This document shows, in pieces, positions 20,098 to 31,755 of a stretch of DNA of 64,000 nt. The DNA is from an uncultured Desulfobacter sp. (GTDB lineage Bacteria; Desulfobacterota; Desulfobacteria; Desulfobacterales; Desulfobacteraceae), in assembly GCA_963665095.1 (NCBI GenBank), contig OY762069.1:3680001-3744000 (forward strand), given 5' to 3'. Below the pieces are notes generated by a model. It searched no databases, had not been told where the DNA came from, and saw nothing but the letters and a program-made list of their open reading frames with translations. Position 1 is the first letter of the stretch, and every line of letters begins with the position of its first letter. Made by a program: the position numbers and the translations under genes.

Positions 20098-21198
20098 TTA
20101 ATCCATAATCCTGACAGCCGCCTCCCGGGCCTGCTGCTGCATCATCACATCAACCAGCACAAGTGCTGCCATGCTTTCAACAATGGGAACCGCCCTTGCC
20201 ACCACACAGGGGTCATGACGGCCTTTGGCTTCAAGTGTGGCCGATTGCCCCTGAAAGTCGGCTGTTTCCTGGGCCTGGCCAATGGTAGCCGGCGGTTTAA
20301 ACGCCACCCGGAACACAATGGGTTCGCCGTTGGATATCCCGCCCTGGATACCGCCGCTGAAATTGCTTTTTGTGCCCAGCCGGTTCCCCTTTTGAACAAA
20401 GGGGTCATTATGTGCCGAACCGCGCATCCTGGCACCGGCAAACCCCGATCCGATCTCAAATCCCTTGGTGGCGGGAATGGAGAGCATGGCGTGGGCCAGA
20501 ATCGCCTCAAGCTTATCAAACACAGGTTCGCCAAGGCCAGCAGGAACATTTCTGCAGACACAGGAGACAACACCTCCAAGGGAATCTTTATCCTCTTTGG
20601 CCTTTACCACAGCAGTTTCCATGGCCTTTGCCGTTTCAGGCTCCGGACACCGGATCATGGTCTGATCCACCATGGACCGGGTTAAAGCCGTTATATCCGG
20701 TTCCGGGGATTCAATATCCGCCACCTGGCTCACCCAGGCCACAATATCAATATTCAGAGCTGTCTTAAGTATCTTATCCGCAATGGCCCCGGCACTGACC
20801 CGTCCAATGGTCTCCCGGGCAGAAGATCGCCCTCCGCCACTGGAAGCACGAATCCCGTATTTGGACTGATACGTGAAATCGGCATGGGAGGGGCGGGGAA
20901 TATCCGCCATGGACTTATAATCCCCGGGACGCTGGTCTTTGTTGGGGACAAACAGGCTGATGGGGGTACCAAGGGTAAGGCCATTTTCCGTACCGGACTG
21001 GATTTTTACCGTATCTGACTCCTGACGGTCCGTTGCCACGGCACTTTGTCCCGGTTTTCTTCTGTCCAGCTGCCATTGAATGTCGGATTCGGTCAACGGC
21101 ATGCCGGGCGGGCAACCATCCACCACCACGCCCACCCCCGGGCAATGGGATTCGCCAAAGGTGGTTATACGAAACAGTGTTCCAAATGAACTTGACAT
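20098..21198 (-). CDS. aroC: Chorismate synthase
   Basis: [37 protein letters not shown]. Confidence 0.97.
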   Translation of the reverse strand: MSSSFGTLFRITTFGESHCPGVGVVVDGCPPGMPLTESDIQWQLDRRKPGQSAVATDRQESDTVKIQSGTENGLTLGTPISLFVPNKDQRPGDYKSMADIPRPSHADFTYQSKYGIRASSGGGRSSARETIGRVSAGAIADKILKTALNIDIVAWVSQVADIESPEPDITALTRSMVDQTMIRCPEPETAKAMETAVVKAKEDKDSLGGVVSCVCRNVPAGLGEPVFDKLEAILAHAMLSIPATKGFEIGSGFAGARMRGSAHNDPFVQKGNRLGTKSNFSGGIQGGISNGEPIVFRVAFKPPATIGQAQETADFQGQSATLEAKGRHDPCVVARAVPIVESMAALVLVDVMMQQQAREAAVRIMD

Positions 21199-21356
21199 GG
21201 GTGCTTCCTTTTTTTGCATTGAAAATGCAAGTTAAGTTTAAACAAAACATTAAAACGTTCATACCTGTATTTGTCACTTTGATTTTTTAAATACAGACTG
21301 ACAGTTTTACATGAAATCAGCTGAAAATCCAGTATTGGATATGTATATGGGCGGCC

Positions 21357-21390
21357 AAAAAAAAACGTCCCGAAGACTTTTCCGGGACGT
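21357..21390 (-). terminator. Rho-independent terminator after the betaine/choline binding protein gene
   Basis: ACGTCCCG/CGGGACGT stem followed by a T-run on the minus strand. Confidence 0.75.
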
Positions 21391-21411
21391 CGTCAAAATA
21401 TGGGGAAAAGG

Positions 21412-22368
21412 CTATTTTGATATTTTAGCAAGCGCGGCTTCAAACGCAGGTGCCGCTTTTTTGCCGTCAACGGTGGTCACGCCTGTCAGCCACCGGCGGT
21501 ACGTATCAGGATGCTGTTTCAGCCATGCCAGACCAGCCTCTTTGGGGCTTGTCCCGTTCTGAGTGTGGATGGTGGTCATGATCTGGTTGACCATGGAAAT
21601 GGGAAACGTGAAATTCTTCAGGAATGCCGCCACATTGGGCAGATCCTTTTCAAATCCTTTGCGGGTATTGGTCCAGACCGTTGCTGTGCCGTCGTTTCCT
21701 CCAAAGGTTTTATCTGTGCTGCCGGTCAGATAGGACATATCAATGCGTTCGTTCATACTGTGGGGAGCCCATCCGAGAAAAACAATGGGTTTCTTCTGCT
21801 GCACAAAAGACTGAACCTGGGCCAGCATTGCCATTTCGCTGGAGGCCACAAGGCTGAATTTTCCCAGGCCGAACAGATTTTTGTCGATCATGTCCTGGAT
21901 AATCATATTGCCGTCGTTTCCGGCTTCAATCCCGTAAATTTTCCATTCCAGCGCATCCCCGAATTTGACAATATCGCTGAAATCTTTAAGGCCCTCCTTG
22001 ATGCAGTAACTTGGTACAGCCAGGGTATATTTGGCACCGATCATATTCGGTATGTATTTGATGACAGTGCCGTTGTCAAAATGTTTACCTGCAATATTGG
22101 CCATGGAGGGCATCCAGTTGCCCAGGAAAAAATCGGCATCTCCTTTGGACAGGGCCATGTAAGTAATGGGAACGGACATGGTCAGATTCTTGGCCTCATA
22201 TCCCAGGCTGTTGAGAATGGCCACGGCGATTTCAGTTTTTATGGTAACACCGGTCCAGCCGACACTGGCGATATTTATTTTTACAGGTTTACCGGCAATG
22301 GCCGTTCCCCAGGCAAGGATGACGGACAGCGTGATAATGATGAGCATTCGATTGATTCGGTGGAACAT
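21412..22368 (-). CDS. Choline/glycine betaine ABC transporter substrate-binding protein (OpuAC/ChoX-like)
   Basis: Signal peptide; GWT, LGNWMP, YGIEAGNDGN, FLGWAPHSMN. Confidence 0.9.
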   Translation of the reverse strand: MFHRINRMLIIITLSVILAWGTAIAGKPVKINIASVGWTGVTIKTEIAVAILNSLGYEAKNLTMSVPITYMALSKGDADFFLGNWMPSMANIAGKHFDNGTVIKYIPNMIGAKYTLAVPSYCIKEGLKDFSDIVKFGDALEWKIYGIEAGNDGNMIIQDMIDKNLFGLGKFSLVASSEMAMLAQVQSFVQQKKPIVFLGWAPHSMNERIDMSYLTGSTDKTFGGNDGTATVWTNTRKGFEKDLPNVAAFLKNFTFPISMVNQIMTTIHTQNGTSPKEAGLAWLKQHPDTYRRWLTGVTTVDGKKAAPAFEAALAKISK

Positions 22369-22535
22369 GGTATCTCCTTTACTTTTGTTTTTATGAAAGT
22401 TTTTGGGCAACCAGGTGCCCCGCTTTCATATTCTGCTGCAGCCCTGCCAGGACAAGAACAGGCCCGGCAAGCGTCGCAGCTGTTATATTAAAACGACTGC
22501 ACCAGCGTATTCGACGGTACAGCCGCGGGTGAACA

Positions 22536-24200
22536 TCAGGCTGTAACAGCGCCGGTTTTGTGGCGGTGGTACTGGATATGCTGCGGTGGCAGGGGCGTAT
22601 TGCCCAAAATCAGATCTGCGGCTTTTTCGGCAATCATCATCACAGGCGAGTAAATATTGCCGTTGGTGATATAGGGCATCACCGAGGCGTCTACCGCATA
22701 AAGGCCTTCAAGACCGTGGACCGCCATAGTGTCCGGGGAGACCACCGACATGTCGTCGGTGCCCATTTTACAGGTGCATGAGGGATGCAGGGCTGTTTCG
22801 CCGTCAGCCGCCACCCAGTCCAGAATCTCCTGGTCGGTCTCCACGCCGGGCCCGGGCGAAAGTTCGCCGGAATTAAACGCCTCAAATGCCGGCTGGTTCA
22901 TAATCCTGCGGGCGGACCTTACCGCTTCCACCCATTCCCTGCGGTCCTGATCAGTGGAAAGGTAATTAAACCTTAAAGCCGGATGCTGGAACGGATTCTG
23001 GGATTTGATGCTGACTTCCCCACGGGAATTGGAGTACATGGGACCGATATGAACCTGGTACCCATGGTCTGTATTGGGCGATGATCCGTCGTACCGGATG
23101 GCCACCGGCAGAAAGTGAAACTGAACATTGGGGTAGGCAACCTCATCATTGCTCCGGACAAACCCTCCTGCCTCAAAGTGGTTGGTGGCTGCCGCCCCCT
23201 TTTTATGAAACAGCCACTGGTAACCGATCCAGGGCTTGTTATACCACTTCAGGGCAGGCGCCATGGAGACCGGTTGTTTGCACCCGTACTGAACATAGAC
23301 TTCCAGATGATCCTGCATATTCCGACCGACTCCGGGCAGATCCTGAACCACGGGGATTCCCAGCCTGTTCAGCAGGTCAGGGGCCCCGACACCAGACAAC
23401 TGGAGCAGCTGGGGAGTATTTATCGCCCCGCCGCAGCAGATAATATGGCGGCCATGGGCGGTGCGGGTCCTGTTTTTCCCAAGGGAATAGGTCACGCCCG
23501 TGGCCCGGCTGCCGTCAAAAAGAATCCGGGTGGCCAGAGCATGCATCATCAGTTTGAGATTTTTCCGGTGCTTGACCGGATGGTAATATGCCCGGGCTGC
23601 ACTCCACCGTTTTCCCTGTCTGACGTTGCGGTCAAAGGGGGCAAAGCCTTCCTGGGAATATCCGTTCACATCCTTTGTCAGCGGGTATCCTGCCTCCTGA
23701 ACCGCTTTAAAAAACGCCTGGAACAACGGGTTGGTGCAGGGCCCGATCTCCAGATTCAAAGGACCGTCTTTGCCATGAAAGGGATCTGCCGGCGCAATGC
23801 GGTTTTCAAGCCGTTTAAAATAGGGCAGACAATGGGCATAATCCCAGGCCTCCATGCCCTTGTCCCCGGCCCATTTTTCATAATCCAGGGGATTGCCGCG
23901 AATATAGATCATGCCGTTGATACTGCTTGAGCCGCCCAAAACCTTCCCCCTGCCATGAAAAATCCGCCGGTTGTTCATAAACGGTTCGGGTTCTGACTCA
24001 TAGCACCAGTCATACCAGCGGTTTCCCAGGGGCACGGTGAGACCTGCCGGCATATGGATAAACAGATCCCAGATATAATCGGGACGACCGGCATCCAGCA
24101 CCAGTACCTGATTTTTTCTGTCAGCGCTCAGCCTGTTGGCCAGCGCACAGCCGGCTGAGCCGCCCCCGATAATAATATAGTCATACTGCATTTGACTCAT
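22536..24200 (-). CDS. betA: Choline dehydrogenase (GMC flavoprotein)
   Basis: [43 protein letters not shown]. Clustered with betB. Confidence 0.93.
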   Translation of the reverse strand: MSQMQYDYIIIGGGSAGCALANRLSADRKNQVLVLDAGRPDYIWDLFIHMPAGLTVPLGNRWYDWCYESEPEPFMNNRRIFHGRGKVLGGSSSINGMIYIRGNPLDYEKWAGDKGMEAWDYAHCLPYFKRLENRIAPADPFHGKDGPLNLEIGPCTNPLFQAFFKAVQEAGYPLTKDVNGYSQEGFAPFDRNVRQGKRWSAARAYYHPVKHRKNLKLMMHALATRILFDGSRATGVTYSLGKNRTRTAHGRHIICCGGAINTPQLLQLSGVGAPDLLNRLGIPVVQDLPGVGRNMQDHLEVYVQYGCKQPVSMAPALKWYNKPWIGYQWLFHKKGAAATNHFEAGGFVRSNDEVAYPNVQFHFLPVAIRYDGSSPNTDHGYQVHIGPMYSNSRGEVSIKSQNPFQHPALRFNYLSTDQDRREWVEAVRSARRIMNQPAFEAFNSGELSPGPGVETDQEILDWVAADGETALHPSCTCKMGTDDMSVVSPDTMAVHGLEGLYAVDASVMPYITNGNIYSPVMMIAEKAADLILGNTPLPPQHIQYHRHKTGAVTA

Positions 24201-24215
24201 AAAGACTTATACTCC

Positions 24216-25010
24216 TTAATCTTGCTTTAAATTACTTAAACCGTCACAGGCGTCCGGGCCTGACGTACCGTGTTGAAATGCCGCTGCCCCAAACTGTTCT
24301 TTCAGGCATTGTTCGAGCAGAACATACCAGTGACCGTAAAGCCGCATGGCTTTTTGAAAATTCCGCGTTTTAAGGGCATCCGCCGTGCTCTTCCAGTTCA
24401 AAGCGATTTCCATCCGTACATCCGGGGTCTTGTAAACCACAAATTCGTAGGACCGGAAGGCCAGCTGCACCGACCGCATCATCCATTCAAAAAAAGGATT
24501 ATCCGTCATCTCCACCATAAGCAGGTTCAGGCTTTTATCCGTGGCGGAGATCTGTTCATAATCCGGTTCCGGACTACTGCAAAGACGGACCAGGTCATCG
24601 GCCAGCCTGGCAAGCCGCTCAATGTGATGAAAAGAGGCATTGGTGACAGCGGCACATAGAACCGCCTGGTCCATGGCATATTGGAATTCCAGCAGTTTGC
24701 CCAAAGGAATTTCCTGATGCTTGATCATCACGGCCAAAAGGTCGATTGTCTCGTTAATATCGCGCTCCTTGACATAATAGCCGCCTTTAGCCCCCTTTCT
24801 GGCATCCAGCAGGCCCTTTTGCCTGAGCGTGCGCAGGGCTTCCCGAACCGATCCCCGGCTTGTCTGAAAGGCTTCCTGAAGCTCCCGCTCGCTGGGAAGC
24901 CTGTCTCCGGGTTTGAAAACTTTATCCAGAATGGCCGCCTCAATCTGCACCCCAATGGCCTCGGCTTTGTTGGTCCCGATGACCGGATGAAATCGGTGTA
25001 AGCTATCCAT
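24216..25010 (-). CDS. GntR/FadR-family regulator
   Basis: PGDRLPSEREL...SRGSVREALRTL helix-turn-helix, C-terminal FCD-like domain. Confidence 0.9.
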   Translation of the reverse strand: MDSLHRFHPVIGTNKAEAIGVQIEAAILDKVFKPGDRLPSERELQEAFQTSRGSVREALRTLRQKGLLDARKGAKGGYYVKERDINETIDLLAVMIKHQEIPLGKLLEFQYAMDQAVLCAAVTNASFHHIERLARLADDLVRLCSSPEPDYEQISATDKSLNLLMVEMTDNPFFEWMMRSVQLAFRSYEFVVYKTPDVRMEIALNWKSTADALKTRNFQKAMRLYGHWYVLLEQCLKEQFGAAAFQHGTSGPDACDGLSNLKQD

Positions 25011-25428
25011 AAATGTCCTACCTTTGACTAATCGAAAAATTCATTATTCGCATTGAAATAGGATATATCTCAATTTATTGTATTAAAAATAGAATTATAT
25101 ACAAAATAATTCATTCATAACCGTCCATACCACACAAACAATACGCACAATCGTTTAGTTTGGTTCGACCTTAAGAAAAGTATAGAGACAGCTACACGAA
25201 GTCAAGACTTTTTTAAAATCGTTTTTGACGAAAATTCACCGAAATGTGGGGTGTGATCAGAAATATATAATTATCAGAAAGCCCTATAAATTCAGATATG
25301 GGCCAGACCAAGGCCGTGCCAACCCAAACGGTGACAGGCGTGAAAACAGCATCGAGACGGGAGAAAGGGACAATTGGGAAACATATTCGTTTTATAGCGG
25401 CTGTAGCGATTCGGAAAAAAGCATGTCA

Positions 25429-25872
25429 CTATATCTCTTCCCAGATAACTTTATCCCCAACGGTTTCAATAAGCTGATCCAAAATCCCCGCATCCTGCCT
25501 GTCCGCAGGGCGCCAGGAATTTAGAAGAACCCAGTCTCCCTCATTATCTAATTTCAGATCTTTTATCACGATCTCCGTGTATTTCAGCATGGATTCACCC
25601 TTGTGCGGCCAGACCTCAAAAGCACGCAAATCAGATATTTCCAAACCAAATTCAGTACAAATCCTGGGGAGAATATACTCAATACAATTGGTGGCCGGCT
25701 CGCCGGCATCATCCCCCTGGTCAATTAAAAGCACCCAGAACTTTCGGGCAGTTGCCTCCCGGGCAATAATCAAGTGGCAAAAGGAGTCAATAAGTTTTGG
25801 ATCGTTCTGCTCTTTTTCTGTACCAGACCCTTTCCAACTGTAAATAGCTGAATATATCACCTTAAAATACAT
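25429..25872 (-). CDS. Hypothetical protein
   Basis: 147-aa ORF with plausible composition and no recognisable motif. Confidence 0.5.
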   Translation of the reverse strand: MYFKVIYSAIYSWKGSGTEKEQNDPKLIDSFCHLIIAREATARKFWVLLIDQGDDAGEPATNCIEYILPRICTEFGLEISDLRAFEVWPHKGESMLKYTEIVIKDLKLDNEGDWVLLNSWRPADRQDAGILDQLIETVGDKVIWEEI

Positions 25873-26008
25873 GAGCGACTCTATATACCCCGCGGATGTT
25901 TCATGGCTGACCCTGCCAATTATATGTTTTTATGTACACCAGAACCTGATCGCCCGTCCGGGAAACACCCAAACGTCCCTCCCATAAAACGGACGGACAC
26001 AGGTTCAG

Positions 26009-27475
26009 CTAAAAGGGAGATTCCAGGGGCATCATACCCATATATACGGATTTAACCTGGGTATAGTGGCGGATGGTTTCCACACCATTTTCTCTGCCGA
26101 TGCCGGAATTTTTATATCCCCCCACCGGCATCTGGGCAGGGGAGTTGCCATAGGCATTGATCCAGCAGATCCCGGCACTGATCTGATGAATAACCCTGTG
26201 GGCCCGCTGTATATCCCGGGTAAATACGCCTGCAGCCAGGCCGTAGGAGGTGGCATTGGCACGCCGGATCACCTCATCTTCACCGGTAAACCCTAAAACC
26301 GCCATGACCGGGCCAAACACCTCCTCTTTGACAAGGGCCATCTCATCGGTGCAGTCGGTAAACACGGTTGGCGGAACAAAGTACCCGTTGCCATTGGCCT
26401 CCGGTAGCGGCGGCAAAGACTCCCCGCAGAGCCGGGTGGCACCCTGGGCCATTGCCGAGTCGATATAAGAGACCACCTTGGCCCGGTGCTCGGAGGAGAT
26501 CAACGCCCCGAAATTGGTGTCCGGATCCATGGGATCCCCCATTTTAATATTATTTAAAACCCGGGTCAAAAGCCGGTCCAGGAAGTCGGACTTAACAGCC
26601 TCATGGACAAAAACCCGGGTGCCGTTGGTGCAAATCTCGCCCTGGGTGTAAAAATTACCCAGCATGGCAGCACTTACCGCCTGGTCCAGATCTGCATCCT
26701 CAAAAATAATCAGGGGGGATTTCCCTCCCAGCTCCATGGTCACATCCTTAAGTGTTGTAGCAGCCCCTGCCATGACTTTCTTACCAGTGCCCACTTCACC
26801 GGTAAAGGAGACCTTTTCAATACCCGGATGCCTGGTAAGCCACTGCCCTACCTGGGCTGCCCCCTGCACCACATTGAACACCCCGTCCGGAACACCGGCT
26901 TCGGTAAATATCCGGGCCAGTTCAAGAGCCCCCCGGGGCGTCTCCTCGGATGGTTTAAAAATCATACTGTTGCCGCAGGCAAGGGCTGGTGCGGACTTCC
27001 AGCAGGCGATCTGCAACGGGTAATTCCAGGCGCCGATCCCGGCACAAACCCCCAAAGGCTCCCTGCGGGTATAGTAAAAATCCCCGCCCAAATCCTGCTG
27101 ACTCCCCTGGATCGCCGGGGCAAGTCCGGCATAAAATTCAATGACATCCGCTCCAGTAACCACATCCACAGCAGCTGCCTCCTGGATCGGTTTTCCAGTA
27201 TCCAAAACCTCTATGCGGGCCAGTTCATTATTGCGTTCCCGCAGCAGGGCCACCGCCCTTAACAGGATTCGGCCCCTTTTTACGGCATCCATGGCCGACC
27301 AGATTTTATATCCCTTTTCAGCGCTTTCAACAGCAGCCTCAAGGATAGTGTCATCTGCTATCTCCACGGAATAGATCTCCTCGCCTGTGGCCGGATTCAT
27401 CACGGGAAAGGTCTTTCCGGTTGTGTTGTCAGTCAGCCGGCCATCGATATAATTCTTACAGCAAAAATCTGTCAT
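26009..27475 (-). CDS. betB: Betaine aldehyde dehydrogenase
   Basis: [45 protein letters not shown]. Confidence 0.95.
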   Translation of the reverse strand: MTDFCCKNYIDGRLTDNTTGKTFPVMNPATGEEIYSVEIADDTILEAAVESAEKGYKIWSAMDAVKRGRILLRAVALLRERNNELARIEVLDTGKPIQEAAAVDVVTGADVIEFYAGLAPAIQGSQQDLGGDFYYTRREPLGVCAGIGAWNYPLQIACWKSAPALACGNSMIFKPSEETPRGALELARIFTEAGVPDGVFNVVQGAAQVGQWLTRHPGIEKVSFTGEVGTGKKVMAGAATTLKDVTMELGGKSPLIIFEDADLDQAVSAAMLGNFYTQGEICTNGTRVFVHEAVKSDFLDRLLTRVLNNIKMGDPMDPDTNFGALISSEHRAKVVSYIDSAMAQGATRLCGESLPPLPEANGNGYFVPPTVFTDCTDEMALVKEEVFGPVMAVLGFTGEDEVIRRANATSYGLAAGVFTRDIQRAHRVIHQISAGICWINAYGNSPAQMPVGGYKNSGIGRENGVETIRHYTQVKSVYMGMMPLESPF

Positions 27476-27503
27476 ATGTTTCCTGCTCCTTTGGTTACTG
27501 ATT

Positions 27504-27540
27504 CGGTCAGGACCATACTAGGAAGCGACCTGGATGTCAA
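27504..27540 (-). promoter_or_regulatory. betB sigma70 promoter with an overlapping FadR-type operator
   Basis: TTGACA-17 nt-TATGGT on the minus strand. The palindrome GGTCAGGACC (27505-27514) overlaps the -10 element. Confidence 0.6.
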
Positions 27541-27637
27541 AAACCACCAGACCTGCCACTTGCCGGCTATCATCTCAGACAGAAACTGAGGGAAACCGGC
27601 TGCGGCCAGAAAGGGCGTTGAGCCCGGGGGGAATAAA

Positions 27638-29119
27638 TTAAAGCGTTATATATTTTTTGACAGTCCGCCGGTCCAGATTAGCAACACGGGATACGGCTTC
27701 ATAGCTGCCGTGCTTTTCATAAAGCCGGGTGCAGTAACGACTGAGCAGGACCTGGGCATTCATGGATCCATCTGCAATCTGCCGGTCAAAGGCATCATCT
27801 GCCGGAAGGGTTTTAAGAATCTCATCCGATTCATAGGAATTCCGGAGCACTACACGCCGCACACACTGTTCCAGTTCCCGGACATTGCCCGGCCAGGGGT
27901 ATTCCAGAGACAGGTGATTTTTAATGTAGTGAAGCACGTGTTCAGCAATTTCAGGTGAAGGGCGCCCCACAATGCGGTTTACCGTATGGGCCAGCAGATC
28001 GGAAAGCTCCTTGGGATCCTGGGCGATGCGCTGCCGCAAAGGGGGGACTGTAATCACATCGGAGCAGAGCCGGTAGTAGAAGTCATCCCTGAAAATCTGC
28101 CGTTCACGGATCTCCCGGATGCTGCGGTTCGTGGCGGCAATGATCCGGCCATGAAACCGATGTTTTTCATTGCTTCCCACAGGGGTATACACCCTTTCCT
28201 GCAGCACATTGAGCAGTTTAATCTGAACATGGGTGGAGAGTTCGCCGATTTCATCAAGAAGGATCGACCCATGGGGACTGCAGCGGTGAAACACCCCTTT
28301 GTGGTCCTTCACCGCCCCGGTAAACGCCCCACGGACATGGCCGAACAGCTCTGATTCAATGATGGTTTCAGGAAACTGGCTGATATTGAGCGTGTTAAAG
28401 GTGTTTATAAAATTGTGGGTAAAGACGTTTTCCTTTTCATTGTAGGGGATATAGCCGGAGCGACCAATGGCAAGGGCAGCTGTACCTTTGCCTGAGCCGG
28501 TCTCACCGAACAGCAGGGTGGTAAAATCCTCCATGCGGTCCCATAAATACTTTTCATACATCAGGATGTTATGGGTAAACACGTTCTGCCACAGGGCTTT
28601 ACGCAACTGCTGGATGCAGTCGCTTCGGCCCACCAGGTGTCGGAAAATAAAATAATAAGCCCGCCGGAACTGAAAGGCCAGGGCCACAAACCGCTGGCTC
28701 TCCTCGACAGTAAACCCCCAGCCTCTCAGCCGTTCCAGGGCCGGGGGGGCAAAATCAACCGTGATGGTCTCTGTGGGGGTACTCAACTGACGGGTGATCA
28801 GGGTATCAATATCTTTTCGGAAGGCATGGAAATAGTCAAACAAAAGGGCGGACCGCAAAAAATAACCATCCTCACCCTCAATGTGCTGAATGTTAATTCT
28901 GCCACGTTTTTCCAATTGTTCCAGGCGCTTTTTAACAATCTGACAAGTTTTACTGACCCTGACATCCCGCTTGATGTCCGGCCGGACACCGGCAATTTCA
29001 GCCTCAAGGCGCACCCGCTCCTCCCCAAACGGATTGGCAGCACCGGCCTCATGCACGCATCTAAAAAAGCCCCGCTCTTCAGGCAGAAGCGATGTAATCT
29101 CTTTCATGAATATTCTCAC
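27638..29119 (-). CDS. Sigma54-dependent enhancer-binding protein with an unrecognised N-terminal domain
   Basis: GETGSGKG, ELFGHVRGAFTGA, LLDEIG, FRDDFYYRL, WPGNVRELE, C-terminal HTH. Confidence 0.92.
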   Translation of the reverse strand: MRIFMKEITSLLPEERGFFRCVHEAGAANPFGEERVRLEAEIAGVRPDIKRDVRVSKTCQIVKKRLEQLEKRGRINIQHIEGEDGYFLRSALLFDYFHAFRKDIDTLITRQLSTPTETITVDFAPPALERLRGWGFTVEESQRFVALAFQFRRAYYFIFRHLVGRSDCIQQLRKALWQNVFTHNILMYEKYLWDRMEDFTTLLFGETGSGKGTAALAIGRSGYIPYNEKENVFTHNFINTFNTLNISQFPETIIESELFGHVRGAFTGAVKDHKGVFHRCSPHGSILLDEIGELSTHVQIKLLNVLQERVYTPVGSNEKHRFHGRIIAATNRSIREIRERQIFRDDFYYRLCSDVITVPPLRQRIAQDPKELSDLLAHTVNRIVGRPSPEIAEHVLHYIKNHLSLEYPWPGNVRELEQCVRRVVLRNSYESDEILKTLPADDAFDRQIADGSMNAQVLLSRYCTRLYEKHGSYEAVSRVANLDRRTVKKYITL

Positions 29120-29355
29120 AAAGGTTTATGTTGTTTGTGACGGCACCCCCCTTTCTATTCACCGCCCACAAGATACCTTTCTTGTATATCATGAATACAA
29201 ATTATGCACACACTCTGTTTAATTTTCGGGCAAAATAATGAAACGGAATTTACTCGGGCTTGATGCCCATTCCCAATTGGACATTGGTGCAATTCCGGTT
29301 ATGATACAGTCCTTACGCTGGAATACTAAAGATACCCCCAAAAATCCAATAACCG

Positions 29356-30096
29356 TCAGCCCAGTTTAGCGTCTATTTCCTGAACCATGACATGGCGCAC
29401 TTTTTCCATAAGCACAGTGATATTATCTTTTGTATACCCTTCCACGCGGATGGGGGGATGAATTTTCATCTCCACTTTGCCCGGAAACAGATCCAGGGTT
29501 TTGCAGGGAAGCACATCTCTGGTTCCACTCAAGGTCACCGGCAGAATAGGCAAATTCAAATCCAAGGCCATCTTGAACCCGCCCTTTTTAAACGGCATGA
29601 TCCGGCCATCCATGCTGCGGGTCCCTTCGGGGAAAAAAATCACCGAGGTGCCGTTGACGATTTTTTTCTTGGCAGCGTTAATGGAAGCAAGGGCTGCCTC
29701 ATGGTTGCTGCGGTCTATGAAAATATGGCCCACTTTTTCACAGCCTATGCCGATCCCAGGCACTTTTCTGAGTTCCTGTTTCATCACCCATTTAAAATCA
29801 ATGTTTAAAAATCCGTACAAAACAAAGATGTCAAAGGCACTTTGATGATTGGCAATGACCACATAGGACTGGTTTTTAACAATGTGCCTTCGTCCTGTAA
29901 CCTTTACATAGATGGGTACCAGCCAGGCATGGATTCGCGACCAGATAACCCCGCCGAAAAAACTTGCCACCCGGTCATTAAATACAAAGGCCGTTACCAC
30001 AGCCAACGCACCGAAAAACAAGGTGGAAATAAAGAAAAAGGGAATATAAAAGATCCACTTATAAGGTTGGTAAAGCAAGTATAAAAATTTTTTCAT
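29356..30096 (-). CDS. plsC: 1-acyl-sn-glycerol-3-phosphate acyltransferase
   Basis: NHQSAFD, FIDR, FFPEGTRS. Confidence 0.92.
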   Translation of the reverse strand: MKKFLYLLYQPYKWIFYIPFFFISTLFFGALAVVTAFVFNDRVASFFGGVIWSRIHAWLVPIYVKVTGRRHIVKNQSYVVIANHQSAFDIFVLYGFLNIDFKWVMKQELRKVPGIGIGCEKVGHIFIDRSNHEAALASINAAKKKIVNGTSVIFFPEGTRSMDGRIMPFKKGGFKMALDLNLPILPVTLSGTRDVLPCKTLDLFPGKVEMKIHPPIRVEGYTKDNITVLMEKVRHVMVQEIDAKLG

Positions 30097-30459
30097 ACAT
30101 CACCTTTTTTCCAGGGGCAGCAAAGAGGTCAGCATATATCTTTCCGGCACAAAACACAGTTAATAATGGTTAAAATATTGCAATATAGGATGTCAATACT
30201 CTTTGCATTATTTGGGGCTTCTCGACCGATTCAAACCAATACCCGCATTTTCCACCGCAGGCAGTTCAACCGCCGGCTCAAACGGCCTGTGGCTGCGATG
30301 GGCAATCAGGTGTCCAGTCAAGGTCCTTTTCAAAAACAGGCACGTATGCGGGATCTAATGATCTTTTATCTTTTCCGAAGGATTCCTTTCTGCTAATTAA
30401 TTTTGATTACATACGCTGTGACGAAAAGACGACAACAATACAGTTTCAGGAGATCTTTT

Positions 30460-31755
30460 ATGAGAAATTCTCGCATCTGTTTTTCTATTATATCAAGCTT
30501 TATATACGTCCTGCTGGTTTGCCTTTGTTTTATTATGACTGGATGCTCCCTGATGGAAATTCATAAACAGACCACCCTGGTGGAAAAGGTTGGAACAATC
30601 AAGGGACGCATTATCAACCAGGGCGGTCAGAAAGGACCGGTCATTGTCTTGAGGTTTATTGATCAGCAGGGGGTTCCGGTGCTCATGCAAAGCGTTATTG
30701 CCAATGAAAAAGGAGAGTATGAACTGATTGCTGCTCCGGGCCGGCATTACATTGCCGCGTTTATAGATGCCAACAACGACAGAAAATTCCAGAGCCGGGA
30801 ACATGGCAATTTCTATGGGAATCAACCAAGTTTGATACAGGTTGACGCCCAGAAAGTGACAGCCCTTGAGCCCGTTGTCATCACAGGTTGTTTTCCGAAA
30901 ATTTCAGCAGATTTCCGGCCCATTGATCACATGGTGGGGATGGTAAAAAATATTGGAAAGCTGGCGAGTTTAGACGACCCTGAATTTACCCCGGAAAATT
31001 ATGAAAAGGGATTCTGGAAACCGGTTGATTTCCTGAAAGACGGAGACGGGGGGGTATTTCTTCTCGAGCCCTATCACAAAGAAAAAATCCCGGTGTTGCT
31101 GATACATGGTGTCAACAACGGGCCGACGCTTTGGAAACCGGTGGTTGCGGCCATGGACAGGCAGGCGTTTCAGCCATGGGTTGCCTTTTATCCATCCGGC
31201 CTCCGGCTGGACATGATCAGTGATTTTCTTTCCCAGGCCATGGTCATCCTGCAAAACAAATACGGGTTTAAAAAATTTTATGTGGTTGCCCACAGCATGG
31301 GTGGTCTTGTGGCAAGGTCGTTTATTAAAAAATATATTGCCCAGGATTCAAACAATGTGAATCAAATCGGCCTGACCATCACCGTCAACAGTCCCATGGC
31401 AGGCATGGCATCTGCGTCCGCCGGGGTCAACCACTCTCCCATTGTGGTGCCATCCTGGCGGGATGTGGCTCCGGACAGTGCGTTCCTCCACGGCATCCAC
31501 AACTGGCAATGGCCGGCACAGGTACCTTACCATTTAGTCATATCACATCTGGAATCTGAAGGCTCTGACGGGGTTGTGCCGCTGGAAAGCCAGGCCCGGT
31601 GGAAACTGCAGACAGAAGCCGCCCGTATCTATCTTTTCACAGAGGAACATACCCACATCATCAGCAACAGCCGGTTTCATGATCTTTTGAACCACATTTT
31701 TGAACGGCCACGGGCCGACCTGACACATCATCTGCCAGGCTTCGACCCACAATGA
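30460..31755 (+). CDS. Lipoprotein alpha/beta hydrolase (lipase/PGAP1-like)
   Basis: Lipobox IMTGC; PVLLIHG, AHSMGG, SDGVVP, HTHI. Confidence 0.85.
   Translation: MRNSRICFSIISSFIYVLLVCLCFIMTGCSLMEIHKQTTLVEKVGTIKGRIINQGGQKGPVIVLRFIDQQGVPVLMQSVIANEKGEYELIAAPGRHYIAAFIDANNDRKFQSREHGNFYGNQPSLIQVDAQKVTALEPVVITGCFPKISADFRPIDHMVGMVKNIGKLASLDDPEFTPENYEKGFWKPVDFLKDGDGGVFLLEPYHKEKIPVLLIHGVNNGPTLWKPVVAAMDRQAFQPWVAFYPSGLRLDMISDFLSQAMVILQNKYGFKKFYVVAHSMGGLVARSFIKKYIAQDSNNVNQIGLTITVNSPMAGMASASAGVNHSPIVVPSWRDVAPDSAFLHGIHNWQWPAQVPYHLVISHLESEGSDGVVPLESQARWKLQTEAARIYLFTEEHTHIISNSRFHDLLNHIFERPRADLTHHLPGFDPQ

Noticed and set aside
21511..23930. Long plus-strand ORFs (326 aa, 271 aa) and similar antisense ORFs such as 35473..36588
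   Set aside because: They lie opposite well-supported genes and have no motifs; these are codon-bias shadows.
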